Virus record (IMG/VR): IMGVR_UViG_3300025086_000129 | Coordinates: 1-32,396 of that record | Direction: 5' to 3' (one strand) | Length of the DNA stretch: 32,396 bases | DNA from: a virus | Taxonomy: Duplodnaviria > Caudoviricetes | Shown here: positions 17,515 through 26,655 of the stretch, in pieces | How positions within the stretch are numbered: position 1 is the stretch's first letter | How the letters are laid out: each line of letters begins with the position of its first letter | Notes under the pieces: generated by a model | The model's input: the letters and a program-made list of their open reading frames with translations, nothing else | Database searches by the model: none | Told to the model about the DNA's origin: nothing | Translations under genes and position numbers: made by a program

Positions 17515-20500
17515 TTATAATGGATTACCACAAACCCCTGATCCGCCAAAGAATAGTGCTGTTATTTGCCCACTAGCATTTACCTGCGCAATTCTATATG
17601 TTGTGCCTGTTGATGTATCTTCAAATTGCACTGCACTATATGCTATAAAACCTGGTAATCCTGCGGGTAAAATACTTAATACATCTCCTATTGTCACGCT
17701 AGCAAACGCATTGTTGCTTACGGTTTGTGCTCGTGCACTCATAGTGTAATTATTAGTACATAAATCAGCTTTAATTGTTCGAACACCAGTTATGTAAATA
17801 TAATTACAAGTTGAACAAGTAGTCGCGGTTCCAAGAACTCCGCTTGACAATTCCCTAACACTCAAGGCGCTTCTGTAAAATCCATCAGTAGCTGGAGTTG
17901 TTAACCCTGAATCAGTGAATATTGAAGTTGCAGTAGCAAAACTTGCGGTGTTTAAATAGTATGTTCCGCCAGCGCCCAAACAACAAGCGATTAATGATGT
18001 TGCTCCAAACGTTAAAGAAGTTGAGGCTACTCCTGCATAGTTGTATATTAAGTATAAATATGTTTGATTGCTTGGGTTGCTGTATGTAAAGTTAGCCTCA
18101 TAATATCCTGTTGATGGATTAGTTACAGTGTCAATGTCATTGCCAGCGGCTGTGGCTGTGGCCACTAATGCATTGATATCTGCTTCAGAAGATGTGTATA
18201 ATGTATTTGTTACTAAGAATGAAAAATAATCAGGTGCTGGAGGAGGCGTTGGAATAGCGCCGGAGTATCCTGAAGATGGTGTAAAGTTTAAAGTATCAAA
18301 ATCTATTTTGTTTGAAGCCATGTATACTGTTGATCCGCTAGGGGGAAATACACCTTCAGATTCCAAACCTGTAATGCTTGTGTACCTTGCCAGGCTGTTT
18401 GTGCTAAAAGGCGAAAAACTAAATGAGGTTTGATTGCTTTCTACTGGGCTTGTAGTTGTTCCATCACTCCAGTAAAATTCATCGTGTATAAACAATCCGT
18501 CATCTGATAATGAACCTAGTGATACATTCACAATAGTCAACTCACTAACAGTTGGACAAGCTACTTGTATTCTTGCAGTGTAGGATCCTGTTGGGGTTAT
18601 TGTAATTTTTAAATTAGTTGGGGTGGAAGTGGTCTTGTTAAAATTAAAACTACCCACACCTGTTGCCGCAGGAATACTTCCTGTAACTGAACTCCACTCA
18701 TATGCAATTGCCACGGTACCTGTAATTTTGTAATCCACAACAACATTACCCTGTGCTTCTCCTAAATCAACATTATATGTAATGGGGTCGCTATATTCGG
18801 CAGGGCCAAAAATAGCACCACAACTAACAGGTATTTCGGTGGTGGTTTGATAAGCATTCGGTAAACCAACTGTATTAGAGCTTAATACATACTCATTCAT
18901 GTAAGGATCAAACCCTCCAATTTTTTGTGTATCAGGATATGTAATGAAGTTGTCTCTAAAGTAACTTCTCATTCCTAGTTCTGAGATTAAAGTTAATTTA
19001 TCACTAACACCGCCTGTACCCTTAAGTTGTATAACTGCTCCTCGCTTGGTATCGGTAAAATATCTACTATCTCCGTATGCCGCAAAACTCTCAGGATTAT
19101 TACTAATTCCGTATTCTTCTATTCTAGCTATCTGAGTTCCTAATACTGCTGTAGATGTGGCTACAATTCCTGATCCCTCAGCTGCTTGCAAAGCTTGTTT
19201 GCTAAGTAATACATTTGAAATCTTATCTTCTTGCAACACTAATAGGTTTGTTTCAAATGAATGAAGAACCTCAATTTCTCCAAATGATTTTTCTAAATCT
19301 TTAAAGTTTCCATCACTTAAATTAAATTCATTAAATCTATTAATGTTTGTATTTGAATTGTATAGTCCACTATACGTTACACCCGCATATCTATTAGCCT
19401 CCTTGTAATCTTCTTCGGAAACAGAAGTGGTTCTTTGGCCAAGAGTAAAGCTTGAGCCATCAAGATCATCTAAATATTTATAGCTTTCAACTCCATTACC
19501 AAATGAAAAACAATCAAAAAATCCTAGGTTTACAATACCTGCTTGCGAGCCAGTTTGGTTTTGATCTCCCGTTTTACTTCCAGATTGATGAAAGCCTCCT
19601 GTAATTTCAAACACTTCGTTGTTTTCATAGTATATATCTAAATTAGAATTAATTGGCTCTGTTTCTAATATTAAGGTGGCACTTCCTATGTTAATAGTTA
19701 TTCGCCCAGTTATAACGGTTCTTTGGCCACTGTCTCCTCCATTTGCACTTTTAATTCCTAAAGATAATTTAGTCCCAGATACTGTTGGAGCATTTAAACC
19801 TGTTATCGGGGAGATCCCTCCCACTGTACCGAATTGGTAAATATTATTAGCGCCTGTAGATGAGCTAAAAGGAGGCGGGTCTGCCCAAGTAAAAAGAGGT
19901 GTTTGAGCAAAAAAGTTTCCAGGTTGTGTTCCCGTTCCTGACTGCACGCCTTCCGTGAAATCAATCCCCTCACCTATTACAAACTCATACAATGTGTCGT
20001 AATCTTGAGAAGCAACGACTGATCGATTATAGTCATACGTTTTTTGTTCTGAACTACCGACTAAAAAACCTCCATCAGAAGCATTTCTATTTATTCTTAT
20101 TGCAAAATTTACTAACGAACCCTCTGGGATGCTTATGTTTTCTACCTCTAATGAGCCTGATGAATATATTTCTCTATAGCAAGGTATAAGCGCTCTTGCA
20201 ACAGGAGTTCCTCTTTTAGCACTTTGAGCAGATTCTAGCCCACTATCAAAAAACCCATTTTGATCTTCAGTTATTGTAAAGCCTTGAGGTTTAAGATTCA
20301 TGTATAATCCTGCTGGCTCTGAAATAAAAGCACTAGCTCCAGTGGATGCTTCTGGAGTTAAAAAATTATTTGCTTTAGATTCTAAAGCTAAGACTTTAGT
20401 TTTTATTATTGTATTTAAAGGACCGTTTACATCGGCTTTTACTATCAACGTGTCGCCTTTTTTAGTTTTCACCTGGTTGTCACCCTCAAGCCTAATCCAA

Positions 20501-22434
20501 ACTGAATTTGTCGAGTCGTCATCAAATGAAATTACAGAGTATATTGTTTCATAGGTGTCCTCCGCTCTTTTTACAACAAACTTATATTTGCTTGCCCAGC
20601 TTGGTGGATTCATTGTAGTAGGTATTGTAACTTTTAAACTGTTTGCTGTTATCGAGCTTGAGGGCTGTACATAAATTGTGTTATTTTGAGAAGTTAAAGC
20701 CGTGGTGCTTCTCAAGTATTCATCCATGTATACTATCCCTACATCATAATTTCTGTTGCTATGTAGGCTTTTTCTATTTCCATTTGAAGAGTAATCAGAT
20801 TGAGCAGTTGTAAATTCATAGTATCCAAACATATCCGGGTTTGGTGATCCTGGCGCATCAAATTCAGCCGCAACTAACTGTAAGCTTACTGATGAGCTAC
20901 CTGGACTGGTTGTGATTTTTATACCTTCGTCTCTATTATCTATGCCGGAAAATGTGTGTAGGTGTGGCGCTTGATCTTCAATAGCGCAGTTTAAAATATC
21001 TGTAAACGTAGTGCCCGTACATGGACTTATTCCTGTGCCGGGAAATGACCCCGACACACCTGAGCTCACTTGCTGAGCCACAAAAGTTCCATTAAAAAAA
21101 TCGTATATACTATTGTAGTTTTGATTTAGGGTGATTGTAAAAGTAATTTCAGTAACTGGCTGTGAAGCGGTTATAGGAGGCGAACCTCCTCCTGGGGCAG
21201 TAAATTGATTTGATTTAAATATAAACTGAAAACCTATTTGTGAATCTTGTTTTAATAAATCCGGGCTATCAATATCCGTATAATCAAATGTAACAACAGA
21301 ATTACTTATTGTTGTACCAACATCTATAGTGTAAACGCCTGATGATAAGACCCCTGTAAATTCATTTAGATTAATTAACTCTCTGTTTAATGCAACAGTA
21401 TAATTCAGCTGGCTATTTACATTGTATCCATCAACGTAATTACCGTACATCAACCTATTAGCCATAATCGTTTGTGACTTAGCTGTTCTAGGAACATTGT
21501 CAAATAATCTTGTTAGTTGGTTGTCGGCTAATGCCGTGTATATTTGGTTATGCCTAAAGCTTTGCGTTCTAGTTATATTATTAGACCATCCTAAAATACC
21601 TTTGTTAAATTTTTCAATGACATATACACCTGGTTGGTTTGCATATTTAAACAACAAATCTATTTCTTTAACTAATTTACTTCCTGTATTAAATGAAATT
21701 TCAGCTGTATTAAAAACATTCTCCATTCCAGAATTAGATAAATCACTGGTATTTAAACTAAAAAAATCAGGAACAAAAGCAATGTCGCTAAACTGAGATA
21801 TAGCCGAATATTCATTGTCCAGGTATTGATACCTGTAAGCAAAACTAATTATGTTTTTTTTAAGAAAATTTTCTTCTTGGCCTGACTGTAAAAGATTTAC
21901 AGTAGGAGCGTTCATTGGGGGCGCTTTGATAACATTTAATTCTGCGGCTGTAATCTGATCTACATTTAATACAGTTGGAGGCAGGTAAGTTCTTTCTACG
22001 TTAATACATCTAGGAGGATTTATATTGTCTGTAAAAAATAGCAGGTTGTCAATTTTATTTATTGAGTTTATTAAATACTGTGGATCAAAATTTAATACGC
22101 TTGTAGATATTACATGATATATTAGATTGCGATTTATAACATTATAAGAAACAATCATGTCAACAATTGAGCCATGAACAAACCAGTAAATCGTATTATT
22201 TACACCATCTTCTAAAGTCCCAATACACTTAGCCCCAGCTACCGCAGCTCCATTATAAGTAAGGGTGGCTAATAGAGAATTTCCTTTAGAGTTTTCTACA
22301 GAACCTATTTCTGTGTCTTCAGTAGACCCAAGCCTTACGTTCTGAGCGTCTACATATTCTCCCGGTGGAAGTAATCTTTCATCGACCGATTTATTCATTC
22401 GGCCTTTAATAAAATTAGTTTGTATTACTGTCAT
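17515..22434 (-). CDS. Tail stabilization/muzzle protein (P22 gp10-like), main subunit with C-terminal extension (1639 aa)
   Basis: N-terminal NFIKGRMNKSVDERLLPPGEYVDAQN, plus LLFFTDNINPPRCIN, NRLMYGNY, FSFGNGVES and EYGISNNPESFA. Beta-rich and located after the ring proteins. Confidence 0.75.
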   Translation of the reverse strand: MTVIQTNFIKGRMNKSVDERLLPPGEYVDAQNVRLGSTEDTEIGSVENSKGNSLLATLTYNGAAVAGAKCIGTLEDGVNNTIYWFVHGSIVDMIVSYNVINRNLIYHVISTSVLNFDPQYLINSINKIDNLLFFTDNINPPRCINVERTYLPPTVLNVDQITAAELNVIKAPPMNAPTVNLLQSGQEENFLKKNIISFAYRYQYLDNEYSAISQFSDIAFVPDFFSLNTSDLSNSGMENVFNTAEISFNTGSKLVKEIDLLFKYANQPGVYVIEKFNKGILGWSNNITRTQSFRHNQIYTALADNQLTRLFDNVPRTAKSQTIMANRLMYGNYVDGYNVNSQLNYTVALNRELINLNEFTGVLSSGVYTIDVGTTISNSVVTFDYTDIDSPDLLKQDSQIGFQFIFKSNQFTAPGGGSPPITASQPVTEITFTITLNQNYNSIYDFFNGTFVAQQVSSGVSGSFPGTGISPCTGTTFTDILNCAIEDQAPHLHTFSGIDNRDEGIKITTSPGSSSVSLQLVAAEFDAPGSPNPDMFGYYEFTTAQSDYSSNGNRKSLHSNRNYDVGIVYMDEYLRSTTALTSQNNTIYVQPSSSITANSLKVTIPTTMNPPSWASKYKFVVKRAEDTYETIYSVISFDDDSTNSVWIRLEGDNQVKTKKGDTLIVKADVNGPLNTIIKTKVLALESKANNFLTPEASTGASAFISEPAGLYMNLKPQGFTITEDQNGFFDSGLESAQSAKRGTPVARALIPCYREIYSSGSLEVENISIPEGSLVNFAIRINRNASDGGFLVGSSEQKTYDYNRSVVASQDYDTLYEFVIGEGIDFTEGVQSGTGTQPGNFFAQTPLFTWADPPPFSSSTGANNIYQFGTVGGISPITGLNAPTVSGTKLSLGIKSANGGDSGQRTVITGRITINIGSATLILETEPINSNLDIYYENNEVFEITGGFHQSGSKTGDQNQTGSQAGIVNLGFFDCFSFGNGVESYKYLDDLDGSSFTLGQRTTSVSEEDYKEANRYAGVTYSGLYNSNTNINRFNEFNLSDGNFKDLEKSFGEIEVLHSFETNLLVLQEDKISNVLLSKQALQAAEGSGIVATSTAVLGTQIARIEEYGISNNPESFAAYGDSRYFTDTKRGAVIQLKGTGGVSDKLTLISELGMRSYFRDNFITYPDTQKIGGFDPYMNEYVLSSNTVGLPNAYQTTTEIPVSCGAIFGPAEYSDPITYNVDLGEAQGNVVVDYKITGTVAIAYEWSSVTGSIPAATGVGSFNFNKTTSTPTNLKITITPTGSYTARIQVACPTVSELTIVNVSLGSLSDDGLFIHDEFYWSDGTTTSPVESNQTSFSFSPFSTNSLARYTSITGLESEGVFPPSGSTVYMASNKIDFDTLNFTPSSGYSGAIPTPPPAPDYFSFLVTNTLYTSSEADINALVATATAAGNDIDTVTNPSTGYYEANFTYSNPSNQTYLYLIYNYAGVASTSLTFGATSLIACCLGAGGTYYLNTASFATATSIFTDSGLTTPATDGFYRSALSVRELSSGVLGTATTCSTCNYIYITGVRTIKADLCTNNYTMSARAQTVSNNAFASVTIGDVLSILPAGLPGFIAYSAVQFEDTSTGTTYRIAQVNASGQITALFFGGSGVCGNPL

Positions 22435-23351
22435 TTAATCCACTTTGATTGACCTCTAAGATTCATTAAAAGCCTACCTGGATGTATGTCGCTTAGGCGA
22501 ATTTTTGCATTTCTTAGAAGAGCTGATTTATCTTTTCTCACTCTATTAACTATATACTCTTGTACTCCTAGCCTTGAATTTAATATAGCGTACTTGATGT
22601 ATGCATATATATAGTCTTCAAATAATTTGTTAACGCTCACAGCACTATCGTCTCCGTTTTCCATTCCATCAGAAACATATTCTAATACACATAATTGATT
22701 AGCCATGCCTGAGCTAAAATTAATTACACCTGCTTTTTTGTCTATTCTATATGTTGGATTTATGTTTGCTGTCTCAGTATTCAATCCAAATCTAGCTCCA
22801 ATTCTGTAGTTAAAATACCAGCAGCCATCTAAACAAAATCCTTCTTTTCCGTTATAAGGCCCATGACCTAGGTAGATTGATTTTTTTGTACCAGCAATTC
22901 TCTCTCTATCTACTGTAGAAAATTCAGCTTGCAAAATATTTCCATTTACATCAAATAAAATATCACAATTGTTATCCTGCAGATAGCTTGTGGCTGAATT
23001 AATCTGTATGTTCTCACTTAACGGGTAAAGCATTCCGTCTTTAAACATAGATATTCTTACGTAGTTTACAAAATCTGGTGGTAAAACAAAGCGTAATTGA
23101 TCACTAACATCTAATTCTAAAACTTTAACTTCTTTGAATGCATCGTAATTTAATTCTTGAATAGCTCGTTTTGCGTAAAACAAAACTTGATACCTAGTTA
23201 CATTATTTATGAGTTGAAGATTGTCATTGTATATAAGCATGAAGTTGTTTACAACATCTTCCAATGAAACATATTGATAGCTACCCCAGTTTTGATTTGT
23301 AGGAGTAGTTCCTGAATTTTCATAATATTGATAACCTGTTAAATATGCCAT
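22431..23351 (-). CDS. Tail ring / tail tubular (head-tail connector) protein
   Basis: YVSLEDVVNNFM..AKRAIQELNYD..LPPDFVNYVRIS..VLEYVSDG..YIYAYIKYAIL pattern. Position between MCP and muzzle, with an ATGA overlap with the muzzle gene. Confidence 0.65.
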   Translation of the reverse strand: MAYLTGYQYYENSGTTPTNQNWGSYQYVSLEDVVNNFMLIYNDNLQLINNVTRYQVLFYAKRAIQELNYDAFKEVKVLELDVSDQLRFVLPPDFVNYVRISMFKDGMLYPLSENIQINSATSYLQDNNCDILFDVNGNILQAEFSTVDRERIAGTKKSIYLGHGPYNGKEGFCLDGCWYFNYRIGARFGLNTETANINPTYRIDKKAGVINFSSGMANQLCVLEYVSDGMENGDDSAVSVNKLFEDYIYAYIKYAILNSRLGVQEYIVNRVRKDKSALLRNAKIRLSDIHPGRLLMNLRGQSKWIK

Positions 23352-23355
23352 AATC

Positions 23356-24309
23356 TTATTGTGTGGTTTCTGTTAATCTATCCTCTGATTCTAATGATTG
23401 TCCGAACTTAGCTACATCTCCCTCTCTTATTGACACCCCTGCGTATTGTAGTATTTTGTTTACTAAGCCATTCATGTCTGAAGTGGGTAGTTCAAAATCT
23501 TGGTAGTCTCCAGCCGATGCATTAAACACCGGTTCGCCTCCAGATAATGTTGTAAATGTCCACTTAGGCGCTAAGGGGTACCTGACATATTGCGCGTGTA
23601 TATCCGCTGCTCCAGTGATAGTCGTAGGGTAAACGGTAACTGTATTCCCTAATGCCGTTCCAGTTGCGCTATCTAATACATATGCTGGGAACATAGTAGT
23701 AGGAGCAGCAATATTAGAATTGGTTAGATAAAATATTTTGTTTTGTGTAACTCTTTCTACTTCTCTTATATGAGTGTTTGAGTAAATAACATAATTTTTT
23801 CCTGCAGTGCTTAAAATATCTTCACTTAAACGAATTTGTTTGTTGCTTCCAACTATTGTAACAAAAGCTTGTGTTTTGTCTGTCGTGTTAACCACTAGGT
23901 TTCCAACCTGAACTGTACTTTCAAAAGTCTGATCAATATCTGTAAGATCAAATGAACTTCCAGAAGTGTCTGAAACCCCTGACGTTAGTACGTTTGAGTA
24001 ATAAAATATTTTATCTACTAAATAGTAATCACTAGGTAATGTGTAGGTGTTGGCGTTAGCTTGAGTTAAAAATGTGTTGACAGAAAAACTATCTATAACT
24101 TCAATAATACCTTTAGTGATATTTGCATATCCAGTTCCGGATTTACGCATCACCTCAGCATTTAGTTGATTGTTATATAAATAGAAATAATCCTCGAATA
24201 TATCAAGTTGAGCTTGCTCTGCAAATAAATTAAAATCACTAGGGGAAATATATCCGTAGTTGTTTTTATTTATCACAGCCATGACTGCATTTCGTACTTC
24301 GTTTATCAT
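23356..24309 (-). CDS. Tail ring / connector protein
   Basis: INKNNYGYISPSDFNLFAEQAQLDIF..LPSDYY..YVRYPLAPKW..DFELP..LVNKILQYAG resembles crAss-like ring proteins. Shares an LPxD(Y/F) motif with the neighbouring ring gene. Confidence 0.65.
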   Translation of the reverse strand: MINEVRNAVMAVINKNNYGYISPSDFNLFAEQAQLDIFEDYFYLYNNQLNAEVMRKSGTGYANITKGIIEVIDSFSVNTFLTQANANTYTLPSDYYLVDKIFYYSNVLTSGVSDTSGSSFDLTDIDQTFESTVQVGNLVVNTTDKTQAFVTIVGSNKQIRLSEDILSTAGKNYVIYSNTHIREVERVTQNKIFYLTNSNIAAPTTMFPAYVLDSATGTALGNTVTVYPTTITGAADIHAQYVRYPLAPKWTFTTLSGGEPVFNASAGDYQDFELPTSDMNGLVNKILQYAGVSIREGDVAKFGQSLESEDRLTETTQ

Positions 24310-24326
24310 CGTATCATGTATTTATA

Positions 24327-24334
24327 CAAAGATA
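24327..24334 (-). promoter_or_regulatory. Bacteroidota-type -7 promoter element TATCTTTG
   Basis: TAnnTTTG match in the intergenic gap, 17 nt upstream of the ATG at 24309 and just after a T8 run. Confidence 0.6.
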
Positions 24335-24376
24335 CATAAAAAAAAGACGATTTGATTTATTCGAGGATATACTCCT

Positions 24377-25129
24377 TTATTTGTCTAACATTTTCTTTAA
24401 CAACTTGTAGGACTCAACTCCTTCATCCGTCTGAAAATAAGAAGCAACAATATAAGATGGCTCTTCTCCATGAGGAACTGTGAGCATTTTAGTTTTGTTT
24501 TTCTTTAAATTAAAATACACATCTCTATTTTTATTTCTCATTTGCAGTAAAGTGGCACTAAAAAACCTTACCACTTCATCCTGTAACTCAACCATAGGAT
24601 CGTTAATAAGATCTAAGAATTCTTGTGGGTCTCTTCTAGCAAACACCATAATATCTCTTTTAAGCTCTGCTGTTGTCATTTTATCAGCTCTAACACCCAA
24701 TATAACTCTAGAAATACTTTCGAGCTTAGAAAGGCTTAAATCACGTGCAGCGACCTGAGCTTCTAATTCAAAGTTCATAGCCTCCATAGCCACATTAGCA
24801 TCTTGCTCATTGTTGACTTCATAAAATACATTACCATTACCTGGATGTAGTTTTAAAAATTCTTGAAGTATTTGGTTTTGTCTTGCTACCCTTAGCATTC
24901 CCTCTTCAAAAATTATAGGCTCCAATATAGCGTTTCCATCTTGCTCGTCCTCAAATATTGATTTTTGATTTCTAGCATATCTTAATGCTCTATTTACACC
25001 TGTTTCTTCATCAAAGTAAAGTAGGGCTTTTCTTTTTGTGTGTTTTGACGACAGCATATAGGAAAGTGGTGCTGCGTCTCTTGTAAGTCTGTATACTTTA
25101 TCTTCGTATACTTTTTTATCTTTTTTCAT
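24377..25129 (-). CDS. Hypothetical protein downstream of MCP (crAss-like capsid-block gene)
   Basis: 250 aa from the ATG at 25129 (MKKDKKVYEDK). The ORF-track start at 25177 lies within the terminator hairpin, and the 25129 ATG is preceded by AATTAAATCAA like the scaffold gene. Confidence 0.7.
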   Translation of the reverse strand: MKKDKKVYEDKVYRLTRDAAPLSYMLSSKHTKRKALLYFDEETGVNRALRYARNQKSIFEDEQDGNAILEPIIFEEGMLRVARQNQILQEFLKLHPGNGNVFYEVNNEQDANVAMEAMNFELEAQVAARDLSLSKLESISRVILGVRADKMTTAELKRDIMVFARRDPQEFLDLINDPMVELQDEVVRFFSATLLQMRNKNRDVYFNLKKNKTKMLTVPHGEEPSYIVASYFQTDEGVESYKLLKKMLDK

Positions 25130-25154
25130 TTGATTTAATTTAAAATTTATATAA

Positions 25155-25188
25155 AATATCAAGGGGGTGAAATTCACCCCCTGATATT
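25155..25188 (-). terminator. Intrinsic terminator after the major capsid gene
   Basis: Inverted repeat AATATC(A)AGGGGGTGAA / TTCACCCCCTGATATT, 13 nt past the MCP stop, followed by a T/A-rich tract on the - strand. Confidence 0.8.
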
Positions 25189-25201
25189 ATTAAACTACTT
25201 A

Positions 25202-26632
25202 TTATGCATTTTGGAATAAGAAGAAGTTGTTTGCACCTAAAGTACAAAGCGCTCTTTCTGATAAGAAGTTAACTTGCATTACGTCAGTACCTGAAGTAGC
25301 AGCGCCACCAGCAGAACCTGTAATCCATGTTTTGTATCTTCTATCTTCAGTTTCAGAAGCTCTATATCTTACGTGTAAGAATGGTCTCTTAGCGTTCTTA
25401 CCTAAGATTTGGTCATATACTGAAGTAGATCCAGCAGGTACAAGTACCCCGTTCACTTTTCCTCCAACAATATCACCTCTCATAGTAGGATCGTTAAGGT
25501 ATTTCCAATCTGTCTTGTAGAAGTCATAACCTCTTCTGAATCCAGAGAATCCTAAATTCAATGCCATTTCTTCATCGTTATCAAATAAACCATAAGAACT
25601 ACCACCTGCACCGTATGAATTTTGTGCAGCTAACATATCATCAATGTCAAAAGAAAATTCTCTGTTAACAAATAATACGTTTTCTTCGATAGCACCTTGC
25701 TTATCTAATCTTTGAATAATAGCGTCAAAGTCTGCTAAAGCCGCTGGAATTCCACCGCCCCAAACATTTCCTCTTTGACCTAAAACATAGAACAATCCTT
25801 CAGATCCTTTATTACCTGTACCTGATGCTACACCAGCTGCAATAGCTGCCACACCTGATCCTGCTTCTGCTGGAACTGCTTCCACCATTGCTGTCTCTAG
25901 GTAATCTTCAAATCTTAATCTTGTTTCATGCTCTGATTTTAAATACCATAGGTATCCTGAAGCTCCATTTTCAGTAGTTACTTCAATCCATCCGATTTGC
26001 GCCATATCAGAACCAGATACTTCGTAAAGATCTTTAATGATAATTGGGCTATTGCTGAAGATCACGTCATCAGCTTCTAATGAATTAGACATAGCAACTG
26101 AACCTTTTTGGAATTCAGAACCATAGATAAATAATGAACACTGTACAGCTGCAGCCATTGTTTGACCACCTGCTTCATAATATGCAACATCAATTGTTCC
26201 TGCAGCATAGTTAACTCCAGTAACGATACCTTTGTTGCTATTTGTAGAACCAATTGAACTGTCAGATAACATGAATGTTTGACCTACTCTAATTGCAATT
26301 CCACCTGTACCTGGTACAAGAGCGTCATTGATTGTTAATGTAGCTACGTCTTGAGCTGCAGCAGCAGCTGAAGTTACATTCGTGTATTTAGTGTGTAATC
26401 TTCCTTGCTCCGCCCATTTAATAAGGTCAGAGTTAGAAGGCATTTCAGCGCCTACCATTCTTAAGAATGATGCCACTGTTCTATTCCCGTATCTTTCAAA
26501 CTCCTTTTCATAAGTATCGGGTAGATACTGATTTAAGAAGTTAAAGTTAGTTATGTAGTTTGATTGTACGGCTACTCTTTCTGCACTAGGTTGTAATGCA
26601 AACGTAGGAGTAGCTTTAACTGAACCAGCCAT
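25202..26632 (-). CDS. Major capsid protein (crAss-like HK97-fold family)
   Basis: 476 aa after the scaffold and before a strong terminator. Motifs QYLPDTYEKEFERYGNRT, IKWAEQGRLH, FIYGSEFQKG, GFSGFRRGYDFYKTDWKYLND and FLSERALCTLGANNF. Codon choice (GCT/GCA/GGT-rich) suggests high expression. Confidence 0.88.
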   Translation of the reverse strand: MAGSVKATPTFALQPSAERVAVQSNYITNFNFLNQYLPDTYEKEFERYGNRTVASFLRMVGAEMPSNSDLIKWAEQGRLHTKYTNVTSAAAAAQDVATLTINDALVPGTGGIAIRVGQTFMLSDSSIGSTNSNKGIVTGVNYAAGTIDVAYYEAGGQTMAAAVQCSLFIYGSEFQKGSVAMSNSLEADDVIFSNSPIIIKDLYEVSGSDMAQIGWIEVTTENGASGYLWYLKSEHETRLRFEDYLETAMVEAVPAEAGSGVAAIAAGVASGTGNKGSEGLFYVLGQRGNVWGGGIPAALADFDAIIQRLDKQGAIEENVLFVNREFSFDIDDMLAAQNSYGAGGSSYGLFDNDEEMALNLGFSGFRRGYDFYKTDWKYLNDPTMRGDIVGGKVNGVLVPAGSTSVYDQILGKNAKRPFLHVRYRASETEDRRYKTWITGSAGGAATSGTDVMQVNFLSERALCTLGANNFFLFQNA

Positions 26633-26655
26633 AATTTTTAATTTTTAAATTGTTA

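Noticed and set aside
24316-24337. 6-bp inverted repeat ATGTAT...ATACAT around the -7 box as an operator
   Set aside because: Short, AT-rich and not repeated at the other promoter boxes, so likely chance.
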